Shown piece after piece: positions 8,655 through 20,779 of a stretch of 64,000 nucleotides of DNA (position 1 is its first letter; each line of letters begins with the position of its first letter). The DNA comes from Alphaproteobacteria bacterium. GTDB lineage: Bacteria; Pseudomonadota; Alphaproteobacteria; Bin95. The position numbers and the translations under genes were made by a program. The notes under the pieces were generated by a model, which made no database searches, had not been told where the DNA came from, and worked only from the letters and a program-made list of their open reading frames with translations. The stretch spans positions 136,001-200,000 of the forward strand of contig CBDCQY010000002.1 of NCBI GenBank assembly GCA_965220855.1, in the 5' to 3' direction.

Positions 8655-10416
8655 CGCCGACGCGCCGCTCGGCGAACTGCAGCGCGTGCAGGCGGGCGTA
8701 GAGGCCGCTCTCCGCCAGCAGCGCGCCATGCGCGCCCGACTCCACCACCCGGCCGCGGTCGATCACATGGATCAGGTCGGCATTGGCGACGGTGGCGAGG
8801 CGATGGGCGATGACGATGGTGGTGCGGCCCCGCTTCAGCCGCTCCAGCGCCGCCTGCACCAGGCGCTCGGTCTCGGCGTCGAGCGCCGAGGTCGCCTCGT
8901 CCAGCAGCAGGATGGGCGCGTCCTTCAGCATGGCGCGCGCGATGGCGATCCGCTGGCGCTGGCCGCCGGACAGCCGCACGCCGAACTCGCCGACGCGGGT
9001 GTCGTAGCCTTCCGGCATGGCGGCGATGAACTCGTGCGCGCCCGCGCCCTCGGCCGCGGCCACGATCTCCGCCTCGCTCGCGCCGGGCCGCCCGCAGGCG
9101 ATGTTGGCGCGCACGCTGTCGTCGAACAGCGACACATCCTGGCTGACCAGCGCCATGCCGGCGCGCAGCGAGGCGAGCGTGACGCCGCGCACATCCTGCC
9201 CGTCTATGACAACCCGCCCGGCGCCGGGGTCGTAGAAGCGCGGGATCAGGTTGAGGATGGTCGATTTGCCTGCGCCCGAGGGGCCGACCAGGGCGGAGGT
9301 CAGCCCGGCCGGCATGGTGAGCGTCAGCCCGTCGAGCGCCGCCGGGCCGCCGGCATAGGCGAAGGAGACCGCCTCGAAGCGGATCTCGCCCCGGCCGATG
9401 TCGAGCGGGCGGGCGTCCGGCGCGTCGGCGATCTCGGGCTTGCGGTCCAGCAGCTCGAAGCAGCGCCGCGCGCCGACCAGACCCTGCTGCAGCGCGGCGT
9501 TGACGCCGACCAGGTTCTTGACCGGCCGGTAGGCGATGATGAAGGCCAGCAGGAAGGCGACGATGGTGCCGGGCGTGATCGCCCCGGCCGCCACCTGCGC
9601 GCCGCCATAGAAGATGGCGCCGGCGATCGCCACCGCGCCCAGCGTCTCCATGATCGGGCGCGAGAGCGCCTGCACGCGCACCGCCTTGATCGCGAGGCCC
9701 CGGATGCGCTCGATGGCGGCGTCGGCCTCGCGGCGCTCGCGCTCCTCTAGCCCGTAGGCCTTGATATGGCGGATGCCGGTGAAGGTCTGCTCGAGGATCG
9801 CGGTGAGCTCGCCCAAGCTGGTCTGCGAGCGCTCCGAGATGCGCCGGATGCGCCGCCCGATGCGCAGCACCAGCACCAGCGCCGTCGGGAAGACGAACAG
9901 CACCACCAGAGTGAGCAGCCAGTCTTCGTAGAACAGCTTGCCGAGCAGGAAGACCACGGTGAGGCTGTCGCGCACCAGCGCCACCAGCGCGGTCGACAGC
10001 GACTGGCGCATGAGGTTGACATCGTTGGTGAAGCGCGAGATCAGCACGCCGGTGCGGCTCGCGTCGAAATAGGCGAGGTCGGCGCGCACCAGATGGCCGA
10101 ACATGGCCGACTGGAAGGAGGCGATTACCCCCTGGCCGACCCGGGCCAGCACCACGGCGGAGAAATAGGCCGAGAGGCCCTGCACCAGGCCGAGCGCCAC
10201 GATGGCGAGCGGCACCGCCACCAGCAGCGCATCGTCGCCCGCCACCAGCACGTCATCGACGACGTTTTGCACCAGATGGACATAGCCGACGGTCGCAGCC
10301 GCCCCGGCCGCCATGGCCAGCATGGCGGCCAGCAGGCTCGGCAGGCTCGCCCGGACATGGTCCCGCCAGAGGCGGGCAAGCAGGGCGCGGGCGGGGAAAT
10401 CCCTGGAGGAGGCCAT
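8647..10416 (-). CDS. msbA: Lipid A export ABC transporter, fused permease/ATPase
   Basis: 589 aa, MASSRDFPARALL... with six TM segments followed by Walker A (GPSGAGKST), the LSGGQRQR signature and Walker B (ILLLDEATSALD). The ORF-track entry 8647..12471 is extended upstream by antisense read-through. Confidence 0.85.
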   Translation of the reverse strand: MASSRDFPARALLARLWRDHVRASLPSLLAAMLAMAAGAAATVGYVHLVQNVVDDVLVAGDDALLVAVPLAIVALGLVQGLSAYFSAVVLARVGQGVIASFQSAMFGHLVRADLAYFDASRTGVLISRFTNDVNLMRQSLSTALVALVRDSLTVVFLLGKLFYEDWLLTLVVLFVFPTALVLVLRIGRRIRRISERSQTSLGELTAILEQTFTGIRHIKAYGLEERERREADAAIERIRGLAIKAVRVQALSRPIMETLGAVAIAGAIFYGGAQVAAGAITPGTIVAFLLAFIIAYRPVKNLVGVNAALQQGLVGARRCFELLDRKPEIADAPDARPLDIGRGEIRFEAVSFAYAGGPAALDGLTLTMPAGLTSALVGPSGAGKSTILNLIPRFYDPGAGRVVIDGQDVRGVTLASLRAGMALVSQDVSLFDDSVRANIACGRPGASEAEIVAAAEGAGAHEFIAAMPEGYDTRVGEFGVRLSGGQRQRIAIARAMLKDAPILLLDEATSALDAETERLVQAALERLKRGRTTIVIAHRLATVANADLIHVIDRGRVVESGAHGALLAESGLYARLHALQFAERRVGVV

Positions 10417-10579
10417 CGGCGCGCTACATAGCACGCGCGCGGCCCCGGCGGGAGCGGGCGGCGCGTTTTGGGCTGGCGGCGCGCGCGGTTTGGGGGTAGA
10501 GTGCGCCCCCGTCCGAACATGCCGACCTTGTCCCCGCCGGGCGCGCCCGCCCGGCCGCTCCCCGTGAGGTGCCCTGCCC

Positions 10580-10885
10580 GTGATCAATGTGGCCCTTGTG
10601 CTCCATGTGCTGATCTGCATCGCGCTGGTCGCGGTGGTCCTGCTGCAACGCAGCGAGGGCGGCGGCCTCGGCATCGGCGGCGGCGGCGGGGCCGGCGGCG
10701 GGCTGATGACCGGTCGCGGCGCCGGCAACATGCTCACCACCATCACCATGTGGCTGGCGGCGGCGTTCTTCGCGGTCAGCCTGTTCCTGGCGATCATGAT
10801 GTCCACGACGCGCGAACCCGCCTCCATCCTGGACCGTCCGGCCCAGCAGGCGCCGGCCGGCCCGGCCGCGCCGCTCGGCCAGTGA
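10580..10885 (+). CDS. secG: Preprotein translocase subunit SecG
   Basis: [31 protein letters not shown]...Gly-rich loop...[26 protein letters not shown] start. Confidence 0.85.
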   Translation: MINVALVLHVLICIALVAVVLLQRSEGGGLGIGGGGGAGGGLMTGRGAGNMLTTITMWLAAAFFAVSLFLAIMMSTTREPASILDRPAQQAPAGPAAPLGQ

Positions 10886-12524
10886 GCCGGGAGCGCTCCC
10901 CGCGCTTCATCTTCGTCACGGGCGGGGTGTCGTCGTCGCTCGGCAAGGGGCTGGCCGCCGCCGCGCTCGGCGCGCTGCTGCAGGAGCGGGGCTATCGGGT
11001 GCGGATGCGCAAGCTCGACCCCTATCTGAATGTCGATCCCGGCACCATGAGCCCCTATCAGCATGGCGAGGTGTTCGTGACCGCCGACGGCGCCGAGACC
11101 GATCTCGACCTCGGCCATTACGAGCGCTTCACCGGCAACGACGCCACCCGCGACGACAGCGTGACCACCGGCAAGGTCTATAAGCAGGTGCTCGACCGCG
11201 AGCGCGCCGGCGACTATCTGGGCGCGACCGTGCAGGTCATCCCGCATGTCACCGACATGATCAAGCAGCATATCCAGGCGGGTCTGGACGGCGAGGATTT
11301 CGTGCTGGTCGAGATCGGCGGCACGGTCGGCGATATCGAGGGCCTGCCCTTCCTGGAGGCCATCCGCCAGCTGCGCCAGGAGCTGGGGCCGGAGCGCACC
11401 CTGTTCGTGCATCTCACGCTCGTGCCCTATATCCGCTCCGCCGGCGAGATCAAGACCAAGCCGACGCAGCATTCGGTGAAGGAGCTGCTCGGGCTCGGCA
11501 TCCAGCCGGACCTGCTGCTCTGCCGCTGCGAGGAACCGCTGCCGGACGAGGCGCGGCGCAAGATCGCGCTGTTCTGCAATATCCGCGACGCCCGGGTGAT
11601 CTCGGCCCATGACGCGGACCCGATCTACGCCGTGCCGGCGGCCTATCACCAGCAGGGCTTCGACGACGAGGTGCTGGCGAGCTTCGGCCTGTCCGCCAGC
11701 CCGGAGCCGGACCTCGCCCGCTGGCGCAAGATCGTCCGCCGGGTCCACGCGCCGGAGGGCGGGGTGCGCATCGCCATCGTCGGCAAATACACCGACCTCC
11801 GCGACGCCTACAAATCGCTCTCCGAGGCGCTCCGCCATGGCGGCATCGCCAACAATGTCGAGGTCGAGGAGGACTGGGTGGAGGCCGAGGCCTTCGACGG
11901 CGACGGCATCGTCGCGCGTCTCGGCGGCGTGCACGGCATCCTGGTGCCGGGCGGCTTCGGCGAGCGCGGCGCGGAGGGCAAGATCGGCGCGGCGCGCTTC
12001 GCCCGCGAGCGCCGCGTGCCCTATTTCGGCATCTGCTTCGGAATGCAGATGGCGGTGATCGAGGCGGCGCGCGCGCTCGCCGGGCTGCCGCTCGCCAACT
12101 CCAGCGAGTTCGGCCCGACGTCGGAGCCGGTGGTCGGCCTGCTGGAGGAATGGACCGAGGGCGGGCGCACCGAGCACCGCTCCGCCGCCGACGACAAGGG
12201 CGGCACCATGCGGCTCGGCAATCACGCGGCGCTGCTCGCCCCCGGCAGCCGCGTCGCCGACATCTATGGCGCCGGCCGCATCGAGGAGCGCCACCGCCAC
12301 CGCTATGAGGTCAATATCCGCTACCGGGAGCGGCTGGAGGCGGCGGGGCTTTGCTTCTCCGGCCTCTCGCCCGATGGCGCGCTGCCGGAAATCGTCGAGC
12401 TCGCCGGCCACCCCTGGTTCATCGGCGTGCAGTTCCATCCCGAACTGCGCTCCCGGCCCTTCGAACCGCACCCGCTGTTCCGCTCCTTCGTGGAAGCGGC
12501 GGTGGCCCAGTCGCGGCTGGTCTG

Positions 12525-12525
<1 letters not shown>
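10882..12525 (+). CDS. pyrG: CTP synthase
   Basis: [16 protein letters not shown]...GICFGMQ...HRHRYEVN is canonical PyrG. The GTG start overlaps the secG stop. Confidence 0.9.
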
Positions 12526-14623
<2,098 letters not shown>

Positions 14624-14635
14624 GGGGCGGGCCTC

Positions 14636-16590
14636 GTGGCGACCCTGCTCTGGGAGCCCTCCGGGGAGCGCAAGGCGGCGAGCAACCTCGCCGCCTTCCT
14701 GGCCCGCGCCAACGCCGAAAAGGGCGCGGGCGCGACGGATTACGCCGCCCTGCACCGCTGGTCGGTCGAGCGCCCGGAAGCCTTCTGGGAGCTGTTCTGG
14801 GACGAGGCCGGCATTCTGGGCGAGAAGGGCGCGCCGCCCTTCCTCGAAGACGCGGAGCGGATGCCGGGGGCGCGCTTCTTCCCGCGCGCGCGGCTCAACT
14901 ACGCCGAGAACCTGCTGCGGTTGCGGGGCGAGGCGCCGGCCATCGTCTTCCGCCGCGAGGACGGGCTCCGGCGGGTCTGGTCGCGCGACCGGCTGCACGA
15001 TACCGCCTCGCGCGTCTGGCAAGCGCTCGGCGCGCATGGCGTCCGGTCGGGCGACCGGGTGGCGGCGCTGCTGCCCAACATGCCGGAGTCGATCGCGGTC
15101 ATGGCCGGGGCGACGGCCATGGGCGCGGTCTTCTCCTCCTGCTCGCCCGATTTCGGCGCGGACGGCGTGGTGGACCGCTTCGGGCAGATCGAACCCCGGC
15201 TGCTGTTCGCGGTCGATGGCTACAAATATGCCGGGCGCGACCATGACATCCGCGCCCGGCTGGCCGAGATCGCCGCCCGGCTGCCGAGCGTCGAGAAGGT
15301 GGTCGTCATCCCCTATCTGGAGGACGCGCCCGACATCGCCGCCGTCCCGAAGGCGGTGTCCTTCGAGTCGTTCCTCGCCGGCTTCGAGCCGGGGCCGATC
15401 GCCTGGACGCGCACCGCCTTCGACCATCCGGCCTTCATCCTCTACTCCTCCGGCACCACCGGCCGGCCGAAATGCATCGTGCATGGCGCGGGCGGCGCGC
15501 TGCTCACCAATCTGAAGGAGCACCGCCTGCACGCCGACATGCGGGACGGCGACCGGGTGTTCTACTTCACCACGCTCGGCTGGATGATGTGGAACTGGCT
15601 GCTGGGCGGGCTGGCCTGCGGGGCGGCGCTGATGCTCTATGACGGCTCGCCCTTCCACCCCTCGGCCGACGCGCTCTGGGATTTCGCCGCCGAGGAGGGC
15701 ATCGCCGTGCTCGGCCTTTCGGCCAAATATGTCGATGCGATCCGCAAGCAGGGCTTGAAGCCGGGCGAAGGGCGCGATCTGGGCGCGCTGCGCACTGTCC
15801 TCTCCACCGGCTCGGTGCTGGCCCCGGAGAATTACGACTATCTCTACCGCGATGCGAAGGCCGACCTGCTGCTCGCCTCCATGTCCGGCGGCACCGACCT
15901 GTTCGGCTGCTTCGTCGGCGCGAACCCGCTGGGCGGCGTCTATCGCGGCGAAATTCAGGCCCCGCAGCTGGCCATGCAGGTGGAGGTGTTCGACGATGCG
16001 GGCCGCTCGGTGACCGACGCGCGCGGCGAGCTGGTCTGCACCCGGCCCTTCCCCTCCATGCCGGTCATGTTCTGGAACGACCCGGACGGGGCGCGCTATC
16101 GCGAGGCCTATTTCGACCGCTACCCCAATGTCTGGCGGCAGGGCGATTTCGCCTCGATCTCCTCCGTCACCGGCGGCATGACCATTTACGGGCGCTCGGA
16201 CGCGACGCTCAATCCGGGCGGCGTGCGCATCGGCACGGCCGAGATCTACCGCCAGGTGGAGCAGTTGGACGAGGTGCTGGAAGGGCTGGTCATCGGCCAG
16301 GAATGGCAGGGCGACACGCGCATCGTGCTGTTCGTGCGCCTCGCCGAGGGCGCGGTGCTGGACGAGGCGCTCCGGGCGCGCATCCGCCGGCGCATCCGCG
16401 AAAACGCCTCGCCGCGCCACATGCCGGCCGTGATCGCGGCCGTCGCCGACATCCCGCGCACGCGCTCCGGCAAGATCGTCGAGCTCGCGGTGCGCGATGT
16501 GGTGCACGGCCGGCCGGTCGCCAATGTCGAGGCGCTGAAAACCCGGCGGCGCTCGACCTGTTTCGCGGCCTGCCCGAGCTGGAGGCGTAG
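14636..16590 (+). CDS. aacS: Acetoacetyl-CoA synthetase (acetoacetate-CoA ligase). An apparent 1-nt deletion in an A-run near 16538-16541 shifts the frame; as written the ORF reads through to 16648
   Basis: The N-terminus and body are typical AacS. The canonical C-terminus ([17 protein letters not shown], stop at 16588-16590) is encoded in the next frame, which is the end of ORF 16303..16590. GTG start. Confidence 0.8.
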
Positions 16591-16665
16591 CCCGGCTTGC
16601 CGCAGGCGGCGAACTGGCGGTAGCGTTGCCCGAGATTGGCGGACATGACGCCGGGAGGGGCGGCC

Positions 16666-18285
16666 ATGGAGCACTGGTATCCGAAACGCCGCCTGGGCGA
16701 CCTGTATGACGAGGCGGCGGCGCGCTGGCCCGACCGCGAGGCGCTGCTGTTCGAGGGCCGGCGCTATACCTTCGCGGAAGTCGCGGCGAAGGTCGATGAG
16801 GCGGCGCGCGCGCTGATCCGGCTCGGGGTCGGCCCCGGCGAGCATGTCTCGATCTGGCTGGTCAATTGCGACGACTGGATCTTCATCCATTTCGCGCTGG
16901 CGAAGATCGGCGCCGTCAGCGTGCCGATCAACACCCGCTTCCGCTCGCGCGATCTGGCCTATGTGCTGAAGCAGTCCGACAGCGCGATGCTGATCGCGCA
17001 CGACGTCTCGGGGCCGGTCGATTATCTGGCCATGCTGCGCGAGCTGGACCGGGCGGAGTTCCCCTGCCTGCGCGACATCCTGCTGGTCTCGGAGCGCGCG
17101 CATGAAGGCTTCGGCCACTGGCCGGAGGCGCTCGAGGCCGGGCGCGCCACGCCGGAGGCGGCGCTCGCGCGGCGCGCGGAGGAGGTCGCGCCCGACGCGG
17201 TCGCCTTCATCATGTACACCTCCGGCACCACCGGCTTCCCCAAGGGGGCGATGCACAGCCACAAGATCATCCGCAACAATGAGGAGCGCGGCTTCAAGCT
17301 GGGCTTCACCGCGCGCGACACGGTGCTGAACTATCTGCCGCTGTTCCACGCCTTCGGCTATTCCGAGGGCGCGGTGATGTCGCCCTTGTTCGGGATGCGC
17401 CAGATTCTGACCGCGACCTTCGATCCCGACGCCTGCCTGGACCTGGTCGAGGCCGAAGGGGTGAGCGTCATGCATGGCTTCGAGGCGCACATGATGGGGC
17501 TGACCGAAGCGCAGCTGGCCCGTCCGCGCGACCTCTCGACCCTGCGTACCGGCCTCTTCGCCGCCGGCATGAAGAGCGCGACGCCGGTCGGCCGGCGCGG
17601 CGCGGAGGTGCTGGCGCCGTTCCGCTCCGTTTCCGGCTTCGGCATGACCGAGGTCTGGCTCGGCGTCGCGGTCGGCTCGGTCGATGACGATCTGGAGCAT
17701 CGCATCGAGACTTCGGGCTATCCCGCGCCCGGCTACGAATCGCGCATCGTCGATCCCGAGACCGGCGCGCTCTGCCCGCCCGATGCGGCGGGCGAGCTGC
17801 AGGTGCGCGGCTTCAGCCTGATGCTGGGCTACTACAAGAAGCCGAAGGAGACCGCCGAGAGCTACACGCCCGACGGCTGGTTCCGCACCGGCGACATGGC
17901 GCTCTGGCGCGAGGACGGTTATCTGCGCTTTCTCGGGCGCTACAAGGACATGCTCAAGGTCGGCGGCGAGAATGTCGATCCGATGGAGGTCGAGGGACTG
18001 CTGCTCGACCATCCCGAGATCGCCCAGGCGGCGGTGGTGGGCGCGCCGGATGGGCGCCTCGCCGAGGTCGCCGTCGCCTTCGTCGAGCGCGCGCCCGGCG
18101 GGCGGCTGGACGCCGCCGGCGTCATCGCCTGGTGCCGGGGCAAGGTGGCGAGCTTCAAGATTCCGGCGCATATAGAGTTCATCGACGCCTTCCCGATGAC
18201 GGCGTCCGGCAAGATTCGCAAGGTGGAGCTGCGCGAGCGGGCCAGGTTGGCGCTCGCGGCGCGAGGAGACGAGGCCGCATGTTGA
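16666..18285 (+). CDS. AMP-dependent synthetase/ligase (acyl-CoA synthetase family)
   Basis: YTSGTTGFPKGAMHSH AMP-binding motif, GYGMTE-like motif and a C-terminal GKIRK motif. Confidence 0.85.
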   Translation: MEHWYPKRRLGDLYDEAAARWPDREALLFEGRRYTFAEVAAKVDEAARALIRLGVGPGEHVSIWLVNCDDWIFIHFALAKIGAVSVPINTRFRSRDLAYVLKQSDSAMLIAHDVSGPVDYLAMLRELDRAEFPCLRDILLVSERAHEGFGHWPEALEAGRATPEAALARRAEEVAPDAVAFIMYTSGTTGFPKGAMHSHKIIRNNEERGFKLGFTARDTVLNYLPLFHAFGYSEGAVMSPLFGMRQILTATFDPDACLDLVEAEGVSVMHGFEAHMMGLTEAQLARPRDLSTLRTGLFAAGMKSATPVGRRGAEVLAPFRSVSGFGMTEVWLGVAVGSVDDDLEHRIETSGYPAPGYESRIVDPETGALCPPDAAGELQVRGFSLMLGYYKKPKETAESYTPDGWFRTGDMALWREDGYLRFLGRYKDMLKVGGENVDPMEVEGLLLDHPEIAQAAVVGAPDGRLAEVAVAFVERAPGGRLDAAGVIAWCRGKVASFKIPAHIEFIDAFPMTASGKIRKVELRERARLALAARGDEAAC

Positions 18286-19409
18286 AATCGCCGATCTGCG
18301 AGCTGTTCGGCATCGACTATCCGATTTTGCTGGCCGGCATGGGCGGGGCGAGCACGCCCGAACTGGCGGCGGCGGTGTCCAACGCCGGCGGGCTCGGCGT
18401 GATGGGCGCGGCGTCGCTCGGGCCGGGGATGCTGCGGGAGTGGATCGCGCGCTGCCGCGACCTGACCGACAAGCCCTTCGGCGTCGATACGCTGCTGCCG
18501 GCCTCGGTGCGGCGCGGGACGCATCTGAAGCGCCCCGCCAACGGCCCGCTGCCGGAGGACCTGCTGCCCGAATATCGGGACTTCGCGCGCGCCTTCCTGG
18601 CGGAAGAGGGCATTGCGGAAGCGCCGCCGGCGGCCGTCTGGCCGCAGCAGGACGGGCCGGCGCCCTTCTCGAAGGAGTTTTTCGAGGCGCAGATGGAGGT
18701 GGTGATCGAGGAGGCGGTGCCGGTCTATGCCTCCGGCCTCGGCAGCCCGGCCGCCTGGCTGCCGCGCCTGCGCGAGAAGGGCACGAAGGTGCTGGCGGTC
18801 ATCGGCACGGTGCGCCACGCCCGCCAGCTGCTCCCGGACGGGCTGGATGCGCTGGTCGCCCAGGGGCATGACGGCGGCGGGCACAATTCGCCGGTCGGCG
18901 CCATGGCGCTGATCCCGCAGGTGGTGGATGCGGTCGAGGGCCGGGTGCCGGTGCTGGGCGCGGGCGGCATCGCCGACGGGCGCGGCGTGGCGGCGGCGAT
19001 GATGCTGGGCGCGGACGGCGCCTGGGTCGGCTCGGCCTTCCTGGCCTCGGAGGAGGCCGGCATCGAGCCCGGCCAGAAGCAGGCGATCGTCGAGGCGAGC
19101 GAGGAGGGCACCACCGTCTCGCGCGCGGTCACCGGCAAGCCGGCGCGCATCATCCGCTCGAAATGGACCGAGCTCTGGGCGCGAGACCCCGAGCGCGAGC
19201 CGCTGCCCATGCCCTTCCAGGGCCAGCTGTCGCGCCCGGTGATGGTGGCGGCCAATCTCGCCGGGCGGGCGGATGTCAATCCGGGCTTCGCCGGCCAGGG
19301 CATCGGCATGATCCGCGCCGTGCGCCCGGCGGCGGAGATCGTGGCCGATCTGGTCGCCGGCGCCGAGGCGGCGCTGCGGACCCGCGCGGGCGCGGCACTG
19401 GGCGGCTGA
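18279..19409 (+). CDS. Nitronate monooxygenase (NMO / 2-nitropropane dioxygenase family)
   Basis: MLKSPICELFGIDYPILLAGMGG...GGIADGRGVAAAMMLGADG. The start overlaps the upstream stop (ATGTTGA). Confidence 0.85.
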   Translation: MLKSPICELFGIDYPILLAGMGGASTPELAAAVSNAGGLGVMGAASLGPGMLREWIARCRDLTDKPFGVDTLLPASVRRGTHLKRPANGPLPEDLLPEYRDFARAFLAEEGIAEAPPAAVWPQQDGPAPFSKEFFEAQMEVVIEEAVPVYASGLGSPAAWLPRLREKGTKVLAVIGTVRHARQLLPDGLDALVAQGHDGGGHNSPVGAMALIPQVVDAVEGRVPVLGAGGIADGRGVAAAMMLGADGAWVGSAFLASEEAGIEPGQKQAIVEASEEGTTVSRAVTGKPARIIRSKWTELWARDPEREPLPMPFQGQLSRPVMVAANLAGRADVNPGFAGQGIGMIRAVRPAAEIVADLVAGAEAALRTRAGAALGG

Positions 19410-19413
19410 CGCG

Positions 19414-20460
19414 GTGCAGTTCGGCCTCTTTCTGGAGTTCGGCGTTCGCGACGGGCGCGCGCCGGCGGACATCTTCCGCGAGGGCTTCCGGCTGGTCGAT
19501 CTGGCCGAGGCGCTCGGGCTGCATTCGGTCTGGCTGGCGGAGTTCCACTTCATGCCGGACCGCTCGGTGCTCTCCTCGCCGATCGCGGTGGCGGCGGCGC
19601 TGGCGGCGCGCACCCGGCGGGTGCGCATCGGCATGGCGGTCTATGTGCTGCCGCTCGCCCATCCGCTGCGCATCGCGGAGGAGGTGGCGACGGTCGATCA
19701 GATCAGCGGCGGGCGCTTCGATTTCGGCGTCGGGCGCAGCGGCTTCGTGGCGCAATATCGCGGCTACGACATCGACTACGGCGAGAGCGAGGCGCGCTTC
19801 GACGAGGCGCTGGCGGTGCTGCGCGGCGCGTTCGCCGGCGGGCGCTTCTCCTTCGAGGGGCGCCATTACCGCGTGCGCGAGGCGGAGCTCATGCCGCCCG
19901 TGCACCAGAAGCCCCATCCGCCGATCTATATGGCGGCGACCTCGCCCGGCACTTTCGTCAAGGTCGGCGAGCTGGGGCTGCCGCTGTTCGTCGGCCTGCG
20001 CGGCGACGGGCTGGAGCCGCTGGCCGCCAATATCCGCATCTATCGCGAGGCCTGGACGGCGGCGGGCCATCCCGGCCGGCCGACCGTGCATCTGCGCGCG
20101 CCGGTCTATGCGGGCGCGACGCCGGAAGCCGCCGAGCGCGAGGCGCGGGAGACGCTGGTGCACTATTTCGACCGCCAGGCCAAGCTGGTGGCGAGCCAGG
20201 GCGCGCGGGAGGGCCTCGGGCGCGGCGGCGCCTCGGCGACGGCCGCGCGCCTCGCCGCGCTCACCTGGGAGGACATCCGCGCCCACTATGTCGCCGTCGG
20301 CTCTCCGACGCAGCTGGTGGACACGCTCGGGCGCTGGCGCGAGACGCTCGACATCGACGGCGTGATGATCGAGACCAACGCCGGCAACCTGCTGACCGAG
20401 GACCAGGCCGCCGACAGCGTGAGCCGCATCGCCGAGGAGGTCGTCCCGGCCCTCGGCTGA
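19414..20460 (+). CDS. LLM-class flavin-dependent oxidoreductase (luciferase-like monooxygenase family; could be F420- or FMN-dependent)
   Basis: MQFGLFLEFG...WLAEFHF...ISGGRFDFGVGRSGF is a typical bacterial luciferase-like TIM-barrel. GTG start. Confidence 0.85.
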   Translation: MQFGLFLEFGVRDGRAPADIFREGFRLVDLAEALGLHSVWLAEFHFMPDRSVLSSPIAVAAALAARTRRVRIGMAVYVLPLAHPLRIAEEVATVDQISGGRFDFGVGRSGFVAQYRGYDIDYGESEARFDEALAVLRGAFAGGRFSFEGRHYRVREAELMPPVHQKPHPPIYMAATSPGTFVKVGELGLPLFVGLRGDGLEPLAANIRIYREAWTAAGHPGRPTVHLRAPVYAGATPEAAEREARETLVHYFDRQAKLVASQGAREGLGRGGASATAARLAALTWEDIRAHYVAVGSPTQLVDTLGRWRETLDIDGVMIETNAGNLLTEDQAADSVSRIAEEVVPALG

Positions 20461-20479
20461 GTCCCGCTCAGGGAAGCGA

Positions 20480-20710
20480 TTACAGGATATGGGCGAGGAC
20501 GATCGCCTGGATTGCGACGAAGATGCCCAAGCCCCATTTGAGCGTCCGAAGCTCCCGCCGCAAATCAGCCAGCCCCTGCTGCACCCTGCCCAGTTCCGTC
20601 GCCGTCGCCAGCGTCGGCAGCACCGCCTGCGCGTCGGCGATTTCCGCCGACGTGATCAATGTCGCCAGGTCGCTGTTGGTAGCGAGCCGGTCGCTGTCGA
20701 TGAGCACCAC
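20480..20710 (-). CDS. Hypothetical small protein (coiled-coil region plus C-terminal TM helix)
   Basis: 76-aa ORF directly downstream of the giant fusion gene on the same strand. GC-rich third codon positions. GTG start. No recognisable family. Confidence 0.3.
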   Translation of the reverse strand: MVLIDSDRLATNSDLATLITSAEIADAQAVLPTLATATELGRVQQGLADLRRELRTLKWGLGIFVAIQAIVLAHIL

Positions 20711-20779
20711 TGCGGCATCGATCTTCCGGCCTTGTTCACATTCCGCTGCCCGGTGGCGGAATATGTGTCAGGCGGCGGC

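Noticed and set aside
10417-12471. Upstream extension of the msbA ORF (ORF-track entry 8647..12471, 1274 aa)
   Set aside because: The sequence upstream of MASSRDFPAR is an antisense read-through of secG and pyrG. A 589-aa MsbA is full length.
16591-16648. The 3' tail of the aacS ORF ([36 protein letters not shown]) as a genuine C-terminus
   Set aside because: The conserved family C-terminus is in the adjacent frame. The tail overlaps the next gene's start and looks like frameshift read-through.
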